Positions 20,012 through 28,364 of a DNA stretch of 60,170 bases are shown here, one piece after another. Positions within the stretch are counted from its first letter, which is position 1. Each line of letters opens with the position of its first letter. The translations under genes were made by a program, and so were the position numbers. The notes below the pieces were generated by a model. That model saw nothing but the letters and a program-made list of their open reading frames with translations. It was not told where the DNA came from and searched no databases. The stretch is from Fibrobacterales bacterium (lineage in GTDB: Bacteria; Fibrobacterota; Fibrobacteria; Fibrobacterales; JAOPTW01): the NCBI GenBank assembly GCA_051532055.1, contig JAOPTX010000015.1:1-60170 (forward strand). The letters are read 5' to 3'.

Positions 20012-20650
20012 ATGAGCCAGATATCAGATGTTAAAGTTGTTGCTGTTTTGGGTGGGGCCTTTGACCCTATCCATAATGATCACATGCGTATGGCCTATGA
20101 GTGTCTCAACTTTTCTGTCTGTGATGAAGTTTGGTTAATGCCCTCACCTGACCGATGGGATAAAAAACCGGTAGTATCTGCAGAACATCGCCTTGCTATG
20201 GTACAGATTGCTGTTGAAGGAAATACTCAAATCAAAGCTTCTGATTTTGAAATTACTCAGGGTAAATTCAGAGGCTCATATGTTCTCTTAAAATCATTAC
20301 ATAATTCATTCCCCAATCATGAATTTCGCTTAGTTGTGGGGAGTGATACGTACTCTTCAGTGCCATATTGGCGTGATAGTACTACCTTCAAAGAAGATAA
20401 CTATAATGGTCACCTGTTACTTCAAGAGTTTTCATTGATTCTCTTTCCCCGTGCAACAAGTCCAATGCCTGATAGAAGCATCCATATTTCGAAGGGCTAT
20501 AAGGAACTATTTCAAGTTTCTACAACAGCTGTTGGAGAGCTCTCAAGTACACTGATAAGAGATCGTAATAATAACTGTAAAGGGCTACTACCTGACAGTG
20601 TTTATGCATATATCAAAGAGCATGGGTTTTACGCAGAACCAAGTTGTTGA
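20012..20650 (+). CDS. nadD: Nicotinate-nucleotide adenylyltransferase
   Basis: GGAFDPIHNDH, HRLAM, VVGSD, SSTLIR, V..YI.EH.FY. Confidence 0.88.
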   Translation: MSQISDVKVVAVLGGAFDPIHNDHMRMAYECLNFSVCDEVWLMPSPDRWDKKPVVSAEHRLAMVQIAVEGNTQIKASDFEITQGKFRGSYVLLKSLHNSFPNHEFRLVVGSDTYSSVPYWRDSTTFKEDNYNGHLLLQEFSLILFPRATSPMPDRSIHISKGYKELFQVSTTAVGELSSTLIRDRNNNCKGLLPDSVYAYIKEHGFYAEPSC

Positions 20651-21822
20651 AATTGAATTCTAATTTCAGGATGGTCATTCAGCTCGATCTTTACTGGAGT
20701 GACTTTCCGTTTGTTTTTGTCACGAAGTAAAATGATGATAGGACGTTCAGGATTGACTCGATTCGCTTTGGCAACAATTCCAGTATAGCCTTTGTATTTG
20801 CAGCGATCTTCTCCAGAAACAAAAATATTGGAACCGGTTGGGTAGATGGGTATCATAGTAATGAGGGTATCTACTATAGAACGATTCAACTGAGTCCCTG
20901 CCATTTTAATCAGTAGTTTAATGACTTCTTCAGGCGATTTTTTGGGTTGGCCGGGGCGAGGATTATCAAGTCCAACATAGATGTCAGCAACTGCGGAAAT
21001 CTCGGCATACCGGTGTATTTCATCTTTAGCCGCTGCTTGTTTTTTAATAGGAGCATCATTTGAACCCCTGAGTCGACGGGGGTATCCACCACCATCTTGA
21101 CGTTCATGATGCTGATATGCAACGTGTGCAGAAATAAGAGGTATTTTGGGGTTCTCTTTAAGAATGGTAAAACCAAGAGTAGGATGCTCTTTAAGGAGGG
21201 TAAATTGTTCAAAAGTGAGTCGTCCTTCAGTATTGACAATTTCGTCTGGAAGGGCGAGATTGCCGATATCCATAAGAAGGCAGCCTTGAACCATTTCTTC
21301 GAGTTCATATTTATTGTACCCAAATTTATTGCCGAGCATAGTGGCAACGATTGAAACATCAAGTGCGTGTTGAAAGTGATAATTACTTTGGGTGCGGATA
21401 TTACTTAAATTAATCATGGTTGCTTCACGGCCCATTATGTCTTGAATAATGTTCGCTGCAGATTTTTGAATTTTTGCAACAGCAATGATATCTCTGAAGC
21501 GACCTGTTTCTCGCATCACTTGTTTTATCTCTTTAACACTGGCTTTATTTTGGTTGATTACCTTCTTGAGTTTAACTGCGATTTCACGCATTGCTTCGTT
21601 TGTTTGGTTCGCAACCTGTTCAGTAACAGCCTCTTCAATTTCAACTTCTTCAGTACCGGGTTCATTAATAAAAAAGAAGGTTTGATTGACCTCGAGCAAC
21701 TTCCGTAAAACAGCTTCAGTAATTTTATAACCAGCAGTGAGTAATATATCACCATTATCACGAAAGACACTTTTTGCAAGTTGATCACCAATCGCTAATT
21801 CTTCTTGTGTTACTTTAACCAC
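20629..21822 (-). CDS. HD-GYP domain protein with degenerate HD motif
   Basis: HALDV, LLMDIGN (HD changed to MD), HHERQDGGGYP, VADIY. Confidence 0.87.
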   Translation of the reverse strand: MVKVTQEELAIGDQLAKSVFRDNGDILLTAGYKITEAVLRKLLEVNQTFFFINEPGTEEVEIEEAVTEQVANQTNEAMREIAVKLKKVINQNKASVKEIKQVMRETGRFRDIIAVAKIQKSAANIIQDIMGREATMINLSNIRTQSNYHFQHALDVSIVATMLGNKFGYNKYELEEMVQGCLLMDIGNLALPDEIVNTEGRLTFEQFTLLKEHPTLGFTILKENPKIPLISAHVAYQHHERQDGGGYPRRLRGSNDAPIKKQAAAKDEIHRYAEISAVADIYVGLDNPRPGQPKKSPEEVIKLLIKMAGTQLNRSIVDTLITMIPIYPTGSNIFVSGEDRCKYKGYTGIVAKANRVNPERPIIILLRDKNKRKVTPVKIELNDHPEIRIQFQQLGSA

Positions 21823-21938
21823 TTATCAACCCAAATATCTAAAAATAAATTAAACAACAATGTGATAGATTATATCGTTATTATACAACTAAAAAATGGG
21901 GTAATCAAATAATGAAAGGAAATTGAAGAGCTTAAGTG

Positions 21939-21971
21939 AAAAAAAAAGAGGAGCCTTGAATTAGGCTCCTC
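21939..21971 (-). terminator. Intrinsic terminator of the ferredoxin gene
   Basis: GAGGAGCCT/AGGCTCCTC 9-bp stem followed by a U-tract on the - strand. Confidence 0.8.
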
Positions 21972-21994
21972 AAAATGAATAAAAAGGGTGTTTT

Positions 21995-22246
21995 TTAAGA
22001 AATTTCTGCAGATCCAGATTTAATCAGACACTGACACGCAAGACGTGTTGAACCAGATACGCCGTAATCTTCTTCTGCTTCGGTAGGTTCTTCAAGGTTC
22101 TCTGACCCAGAAACTACTTCAATTTCGCATGCGCCACACACACCATTTTGACAACCAAAGCTTACACCGAGTTCTTCAGCCGCTTGTTGGATTTTTGCGC
22201 CATCTTCGACTTCTTGTGTTTTTCCCTCTTTAATAAGTTGAGCCAT
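21995..22246 (-). CDS. [2Fe-2S] ferredoxin
   Basis: CQNGVCGAC...RLACQC; strong AAGGAGG RBS. Confidence 0.93.
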   Translation of the reverse strand: MAQLIKEGKTQEVEDGAKIQQAAEELGVSFGCQNGVCGACEIEVVSGSENLEEPTEAEEDYGVSGSTRLACQCLIKSGSAEIS

Positions 22247-22462
22247 GTGCTCCTCCTTTATTCTAAAATTTCATTGTTTTGAAGAAAAATATACATTGTC
22301 TACCGAAATTGGGGATAAAAAGAGGTTTATAACGTTTAGAAAAGAACATTTATTACAACATGCTAATATGATAGAATATTGAGTCGCATGAGACCCGTTT
22401 AGGATTGAGCCAAAAAGGGTTTAAATTGTTATCTTTGACACAAATTTTAAAACCTTTGTACC

Positions 22463-23728
22463 ATGAGCAATATTCCAAAATTACCGAAAGGGACCAGAGA
22501 CTTTTATCCTGAAAATCAACGGATACAAAACTTTATTTTTGACAGCTGGAAGAAGACTTGTAACTCCTATGGTTATGAAGAGTACGAGGGGCCAATTTTT
22601 GAACATCTCGACCTTTTTACCAGAAAATCAGGTGAAGAGATAATTTCACAGCTCTATGCCTTTCAAGATAAGGGAGGGCGAGATATTGCACTCCGTCCCG
22701 AAATGACACAATCCCTCGCTCGTATGGTGAATCAAAAAGGTAATACCCTCAAGAAACCATTTAAATGGTTCTCGATTCCCCGGTTATATCGCTATGAGCG
22801 CGCCCAAAAAGGGAGGCTGAGAGAGTTTTATCAGTTAAATATGGATATTATTGGAACAGAATCATTAAATGCCGAAGTTGACCTCCTCTCTTCAATTGTT
22901 TCTCTGTTACAAGCATTTGGCCTCGGGGCTGATGATTTTCAAATAGGTATATCAAGCAGGAAATTACTCAACGCTCTTTTGGTTCAGCGAGAAATAAAAG
23001 ATATTAACCAGGTGTATGCAGCACTTGATAAGCGTGCTAAAATTGGAGAAGAAAAGTTTTACGATCTTCTCAAAGAGAATGGTGTGTTAGATGCTGACAT
23101 AGAATTTTTAAATAATTTCATGCAATCAAAAAATATTACTGAGATAAGAACTTTTTGCCAATCAGAAGATGCAGAAAGTTCTCTAAATGAACTCGTCTAT
23201 ATTTTCGAAATGTTCGATTCTATGGGTCTTAAAGAGTATCTCGAAATTGATCTTACGGTAGTTCGAGGCCTTGCCTATTATACGGGTGTTGTTTTTGAAG
23301 TGTTTGATAAACAAAAATCTATGCGTGCTATCGCTGGAGGGGGGCGATACGATGACCTCTGTTCTATGCTTGGTGGGCAACCAACGACCGGTGTTGGTTT
23401 TGGTGTTGGAGATGTAGTACTAGGAAATTTATTAGAAGAGAAGGGACTGCTCAAAGGTGTATCGAAAGGAAATATTGATTTCTATCTTGTTAGTTTTGAA
23501 GATAAACCAATAGAACTTTTTACGCTCGCACAACAAATTCGTGCAAAAGGTTATACCTGTAATCATCCTCTTACGTTTCAGAAATTTAAAAAACAACTCG
23601 ATGCAGCAAATGCATCGGGGGCTCAAAAAGTTGTCTTTGTTGGTTCTGATAAAGCAGGGGCTGGAGAAATTGAATTAAAAGATTTTGCAACGGGTGAACA
23701 GGGTGTTGTGAAACTGGAAGAATTATAA
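22463..23728 (+). CDS. hisS: Histidine--tRNA ligase
   Basis: PKGTRDF, LRPEMT, RYERAQKGRLREFYQ, RGLAYYTG, GGGRYD, anticodon-binding domain. Confidence 0.97.
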   Translation: MSNIPKLPKGTRDFYPENQRIQNFIFDSWKKTCNSYGYEEYEGPIFEHLDLFTRKSGEEIISQLYAFQDKGGRDIALRPEMTQSLARMVNQKGNTLKKPFKWFSIPRLYRYERAQKGRLREFYQLNMDIIGTESLNAEVDLLSSIVSLLQAFGLGADDFQIGISSRKLLNALLVQREIKDINQVYAALDKRAKIGEEKFYDLLKENGVLDADIEFLNNFMQSKNITEIRTFCQSEDAESSLNELVYIFEMFDSMGLKEYLEIDLTVVRGLAYYTGVVFEVFDKQKSMRAIAGGGRYDDLCSMLGGQPTTGVGFGVGDVVLGNLLEEKGLLKGVSKGNIDFYLVSFEDKPIELFTLAQQIRAKGYTCNHPLTFQKFKKQLDAANASGAQKVVFVGSDKAGAGEIELKDFATGEQGVVKLEEL

Positions 23729-23813
23729 ATTTTTACTGCCTATTGTATGTATACATGACACAGATCAGTGTACACGCTACTGTAGGCCAAGAACATTTAA
23801 TAAGGAGTATATA

Positions 23814-24215
23814 ATGGACAAAGGAACATACGAAGATTTACAAAATGGAATTGTAGAGCTTGAAACACCAGAAATTGAAGCATGGGATTTTAAATACCCA
23901 GGGTCGAATACTGAATTAACTATCGCAGTACCTGAGTTTACCTGTATCTGTCCCAAAACAGGACTTCCTGATTTTGCAACAATTGAAATAAGCTATACGC
24001 CAAATTCTGAGTGTATCGAGCTTAAAAGTTTTAAAGAGTACATTCTCTTTTACCGTGAAATGGGCATTTTTCACGAGCATGTCGTTAATAAAATGCTAAA
24101 TGATTTGGTGAAATGCATTAGTCCTAAATGGATGAACGTTACTGGGGTATTTAATGCACGAGGTGGTATCCAAACAACAGTAAGTGCAGATTTTGATGAA
24201 GGCGAAGTGAAATAA
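23814..24215 (+). CDS. queF: preQ0 reductase QueF (unimodular)
   Basis: EFTCICPKTGLPDFA, ELKSFKEY, FHEH, F..RGGI. Confidence 0.95.
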   Translation: MDKGTYEDLQNGIVELETPEIEAWDFKYPGSNTELTIAVPEFTCICPKTGLPDFATIEISYTPNSECIELKSFKEYILFYREMGIFHEHVVNKMLNDLVKCISPKWMNVTGVFNARGGIQTTVSADFDEGEVK

Positions 24216-25294
24216 TGTCAGTCTTTAATTTCAGTGCTGGCCCTGCAATTCTTGATAAGGGTGTTATGAAACGCTCAGCAGAGGCAGCGATTGAATTTGC
24301 AGGAACGGGACTGAGTATTCTCGAGATGAGTCATCGATCTGCACCGATAGTTGCAATGTTTGATGAAACGAAAGCGCTTATTGCAGAACAACTGGGTGTA
24401 CCTGATAATTATGAAATTCTTTTTTTACAGGGGGGGGCATCATTGCAGTTTGCCATGATACCCATGAACTTTGCAAAAAAAGAGGGTGTTGTTGATATCG
24501 TTAACACAGGCACTTGGACTCAAAAAGCTATTAAAGAGTTGAAGCTTTTTTCAACGGTCAATATAGCGGGTACAAGTGAAGAGAGTAATTTTACAACGAT
24601 TCCTACAACTATTGATCAGTCAGACAATGCAGAGTATCTGCATGTGTGTACAAACAATACGATTTTCGGTACTCGGTACATTACATTGCCTGAAGTTAAA
24701 AACCCTAACGGCTTTCTTGTTGCTGATCTCTCATCTGAAATTTTTGCACGCCATTTTGATGTCTCAAAATTTGGGATCATTTTTGCCGGTGCACAAAAAA
24801 ATATGGGCCCTGCAGGGGTTGCTCTTGTGGTGATCCGAAAAGACCTGCTCGATAGAGTAAACGACGGTATTCCAACCATGATGGATTACCGAACTCATGT
24901 AAAAGCTGATTCAATGTTTAATACCCCACCAGTGTTTTCGGTTAAGGTTATTAACGAAACTATGAAATGGTTAAAAGAATTGGGCGGTGTTTCAGCAATG
25001 GAGAAGATCAATGATCGTAAGGCAGCAAAGCTCTATACTGAAATTGATCGCAATCCACTCTTTAAAGGTGTTGTTGATACAAAGTATCGTTCGACAATGA
25101 ATGTGACTTTCGTTTCGGTTAACCCTGATCATGAAACACTCTTCCTTACATTTGTCGAAAAGAAAAACTTGTCCGGCCTCCCTGGACATCGTAGTGTTGG
25201 TGGGTTCAGAGCATCAATATATAACGCAATGCCCGAAGCAGGGATCGATGCACTCATTGCCGCCATGCAAGAGTTCGAAGCTATACACAGTTAA
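24215..25294 (+). CDS. serC: Phosphoserine aminotransferase
   Basis: FNFSAGPA, EMSHRS, GAQKNMGPAG, NTPP, GHRSVGGFRASIYNA; TAATG coupling to queF. Confidence 0.97.
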   Translation: MSVFNFSAGPAILDKGVMKRSAEAAIEFAGTGLSILEMSHRSAPIVAMFDETKALIAEQLGVPDNYEILFLQGGASLQFAMIPMNFAKKEGVVDIVNTGTWTQKAIKELKLFSTVNIAGTSEESNFTTIPTTIDQSDNAEYLHVCTNNTIFGTRYITLPEVKNPNGFLVADLSSEIFARHFDVSKFGIIFAGAQKNMGPAGVALVVIRKDLLDRVNDGIPTMMDYRTHVKADSMFNTPPVFSVKVINETMKWLKELGGVSAMEKINDRKAAKLYTEIDRNPLFKGVVDTKYRSTMNVTFVSVNPDHETLFLTFVEKKNLSGLPGHRSVGGFRASIYNAMPEAGIDALIAAMQEFEAIHS

Positions 25295-25332
25295 ATACAA
25301 TAAGTGTAAACTCTCATAGCATTCTATTATAT

Positions 25333-25361
25333 AAGGTCAGAGATCGTTCTCTGGCCTTTTT
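25333..25361 (+). terminator. Intrinsic terminator after serC
   Basis: AAGGTCAGAGA-TCGT-TCTCTGGCCTTTTT. Confidence 0.8.
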
Positions 25362-25509
25362 GTATTCTTACTCCTATTTCATTTGGGTGATTACTTACCC
25401 CGAGTAAGAGAATATATGGACAAATCTGTTATACTTTTAACATACCAAGAATTGAGAGTATATCTTTAGTACATTACTCTTAAAACAGTAACATTTAAGG
25501 GACTCATCA

Positions 25510-26169
25510 ATGGAAACAACCGTATTTAATAGAACACAATCACCAGGTTCAGAAATGAGTCCTGCACTGTATAACCTCGCTATTGGAATTACCCTCTGTT
25601 GGGGGTTCGCAGTAAACTGGTGGATGGTTACTAATATTGACCCCATGACTATTGTCTCATTTGGTATGATACCAATTATAATAGGATATTTTGCGAGTTG
25701 TATGATAGGGGTTGCACTGTTTAAAAAATCAGATAATCCTCTGATTAGTTTCCTTGGTTATAACTTTGTAGTGGTACCTTTTGGTTTGTTGCTTAATGTT
25801 ATTGTTAGTGGTTATAATCCAGAAATAGTTGCGGAAGCAATAAGGACCACAGGCCTCGTAACAGCTCTTATGATGATAGCGGGGACACTCTTTCCAGGGT
25901 TCTTCCAAAAAATTTCTGGCGCATTAGCCATATCACTTATAGTGGTAATTGTTGTAGAAGTAGTGGGTTCGTTCTTTTTTGATTTTCACCATGGTATTAT
26001 GGATTGGATTGTTGCCATAATTTTTTGTGGTTACATTGGCTATGATTGGGGACGTGCAAATGCAATCCCCAAAACTTTGGACAATGCTGTCGATAGTGCA
26101 GCAGCACTGTATATGGACATTATAAATCTCTTCATCCGTATTTTAAGAATAGTGGGGGATAGAAGATAA
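25510..26169 (+). CDS. Bax inhibitor-1/YccA family membrane protein
   Basis: About 7 TM helices; C-terminal GYIGYD...AAALYMDIINLFIRIL. Confidence 0.88.
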   Translation: METTVFNRTQSPGSEMSPALYNLAIGITLCWGFAVNWWMVTNIDPMTIVSFGMIPIIIGYFASCMIGVALFKKSDNPLISFLGYNFVVVPFGLLLNVIVSGYNPEIVAEAIRTTGLVTALMMIAGTLFPGFFQKISGALAISLIVVIVVEVVGSFFFDFHHGIMDWIVAIIFCGYIGYDWGRANAIPKTLDNAVDSAAALYMDIINLFIRILRIVGDRR

Positions 26170-26216
26170 TAAATGTTTTGTAGCTGGGACTTGTAGAAAA
26201 TATAATTGAGGGACAA

Positions 26217-27539
26217 ATGAATAGAATAATCAAAGGAGCCATAGTTCTAGTTCTAGGTTGTATAGGATGTGATCAGAATGTGAGTTCTGATGATAGATTA
26301 TCAGAAGTGGAATCGTCGTCTCAAGCATCTTCACAAGGTATGGAACTATCTTCGGAATCATCAGGAGGGGAGATCTTTGAAAGTTCTTCTGTAAAAGTTG
26401 AAAGCTCGGAAGTGAGTAGTGAAAGTACTAGAGGAGTATCGTCGTCATCGGGTACTTTGAGCTCTTCGCATTTAAGTGTCGAGTCAAGCAGTGTATATTC
26501 ATCAATTGAGCAAGTAAGTTCATCATCATCACCGTCCTCTTCATTGGGCGTGAGTTCTTCTATAGAGGAAACATCATCAAGTATCGCATATGCCCCCCAT
26601 ATGTATTGCCCTGTTGTAGAAGCTTATGGACGAGTTGCAAATGTACAGCCTGGCGACCCTGGGGGAATGGATCTTATAGAGATTTCGGGGACTGCTGTGA
26701 GTACTACTCAAACGAATGCAGGAGCAGACCTTATTTGGGTTCATAACGACTCAGGTGGTGGGGCACGTGTCAGTGCAATCTCTGCAATAACTGGAGAACG
26801 AATTCGAAGTTTTCAATTGTTGGGAGTTGGTGATACCGACTACGAAGATATAGCAGTCGCCCCTTGTGGAAACGTAGAAGGGAGCTGTATTTATCTTGCT
26901 GATGTTGGTGATAATCAGGGAAGAAATTCTAAAGGCTGGGAGGGGAGGTCTTCTGTTTTCATTTATAAATTTAAAGAGCCCATTATTGATGAAACTAATG
27001 ACAATGATGCTATTTCAGATATAACAGTATTGGAAATGAGTTATTCAGGAGGTGATCATGCCACTCCCTTTGCTGATTGTGAAGCAATCTTTGTAGACCC
27101 CACTGGAGATAGTATTGGTGGCGAAGCGGGTGATATCTACTTGGTCACTAAGTGGGATTATGATGAAGAATCCAATACTCGTCTGTTACAGTACCCTCTG
27201 AGTGAACAAAAAAGTGGTGCCTATGTACTAAAGATAGTATCAGAAAATGTGAAACATTTTTTGGTGACGCGTTCAGATATTTCAGCTGATGGGACGCGGA
27301 TTGCTGTGGGTAATTATGATACAACATGGTTTTGGTCACGTGCCCCCGACCAAACAATAGCCAATGCCTTTGATGCTGGCTCCTGTGAGTTAGAACTTGA
27401 ACTTCCCGCAAGTAAAGAGTGTACTCAGTTTGAAGCTCTGGCGTTTAATGCCGAAGGAAATGCCTTATTTGAGATTAGTGAGCAGACCAATTGTTCTGCT
27501 ATAGGGATTCACAAAACAACTTTTTCTACTGAGGAATAA
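26217..27539 (+). CDS. Lipoprotein with Ser-rich linker and probable beta-propeller domain (function unknown)
   Basis: Lipobox CIGC, about 100-aa Ser/Glu-rich linker, EISG, WVHNDSG, DYEDIA, YLADVGDN, DCEAI, FEALAF. Confidence 0.7.
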   Translation: MNRIIKGAIVLVLGCIGCDQNVSSDDRLSEVESSSQASSQGMELSSESSGGEIFESSSVKVESSEVSSESTRGVSSSSGTLSSSHLSVESSSVYSSIEQVSSSSSPSSSLGVSSSIEETSSSIAYAPHMYCPVVEAYGRVANVQPGDPGGMDLIEISGTAVSTTQTNAGADLIWVHNDSGGGARVSAISAITGERIRSFQLLGVGDTDYEDIAVAPCGNVEGSCIYLADVGDNQGRNSKGWEGRSSVFIYKFKEPIIDETNDNDAISDITVLEMSYSGGDHATPFADCEAIFVDPTGDSIGGEAGDIYLVTKWDYDEESNTRLLQYPLSEQKSGAYVLKIVSENVKHFLVTRSDISADGTRIAVGNYDTTWFWSRAPDQTIANAFDAGSCELELELPASKECTQFEALAFNAEGNALFEISEQTNCSAIGIHKTTFSTEE

Positions 27540-27545
27540 ATATCA

Positions 27546-28364
27546 ATGAATGGAAACCCATTAAGTAGCTCTGAACCATGGAATATGGTTGCAGAGGGGT
27601 ACGCTGAAACAACTCAGTTAATGCTTGCAGAATATGCAAAAGAGGCACTTGAATTAGGAGGCATAACTCTGGGAGATGTTGTTGCCGACGTAGCGTGTGG
27701 ACCAGGGACACTCTCTCTCTTGGCTGTTGAAAAGGGAGTTGAGGTTAAGGCTCTTGATTTCTCTCAATCAATGCTCTCCGTTTTTCAAGAAGTACTGGAT
27801 GTCAGGGCGATTTCAGAGATCCAATTAACTCATGGTGACGGCCAAAGCTTACCCTACAGTGCTGACCATTTTGATGCTGCCTTTTCAATGTTTGGACTTA
27901 TGTTTTTTCCTGATCGGTTTAAAGGCTTTTCAGAGCTCTATCGGGTCTTAAAACCGGGTAAAAAAGCGGTGGTAAGTAGTTGGGCTCCCCTGGACCAATC
28001 ACCAGAAATGAAAATGATGTTTGAAATCATAAAAGTGATTAAACCAGATTTGCCTGAACCAGGTACTGTCGTTGATACTCTTCAAGACCCACTGCAATTT
28101 AAAAGAGAGATGGAACACTCTCAATTTACTGATGTTGTGATCCATAGGGTAGAAAAAGAATTTACTATTAACTCAATAGAAGAATATTGGGGCCTTATGA
28201 ATCGAGGGAGCGTTCCTATTGTTATGCTTAAAAATAACATGGAGGCATCTCAATGGATCGAGTCTGAAAAGAGAGCGCTCTCTTTTCTCTCAACCCGATT
28301 GACTGCAATGCCTGTAGTTTCATCAATGTGTGCATTTATTGGAGTAGGGGTCAAACCTAAATAG
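27546..28364 (+). CDS. Class I SAM-dependent methyltransferase
   Basis: DVACGPG, LDFSQSML, FGLMFFPD, RVLKPG. Confidence 0.9.
   Translation: MNGNPLSSSEPWNMVAEGYAETTQLMLAEYAKEALELGGITLGDVVADVACGPGTLSLLAVEKGVEVKALDFSQSMLSVFQEVLDVRAISEIQLTHGDGQSLPYSADHFDAAFSMFGLMFFPDRFKGFSELYRVLKPGKKAVVSSWAPLDQSPEMKMMFEIIKVIKPDLPEPGTVVDTLQDPLQFKREMEHSQFTDVVIHRVEKEFTINSIEEYWGLMNRGSVPIVMLKNNMEASQWIESEKRALSFLSTRLTAMPVVSSMCAFIGVGVKPK

Noticed and set aside
23729..23813. preQ1 riboswitch upstream of queF
   Set aside because: No class I consensus (GGTTC..CCC plus A-rich tail) is present
26280..26585. Tandem repeat or CRISPR-like array
   Set aside because: Low-complexity Ser codons within a CDS; no fixed repeat-spacer period
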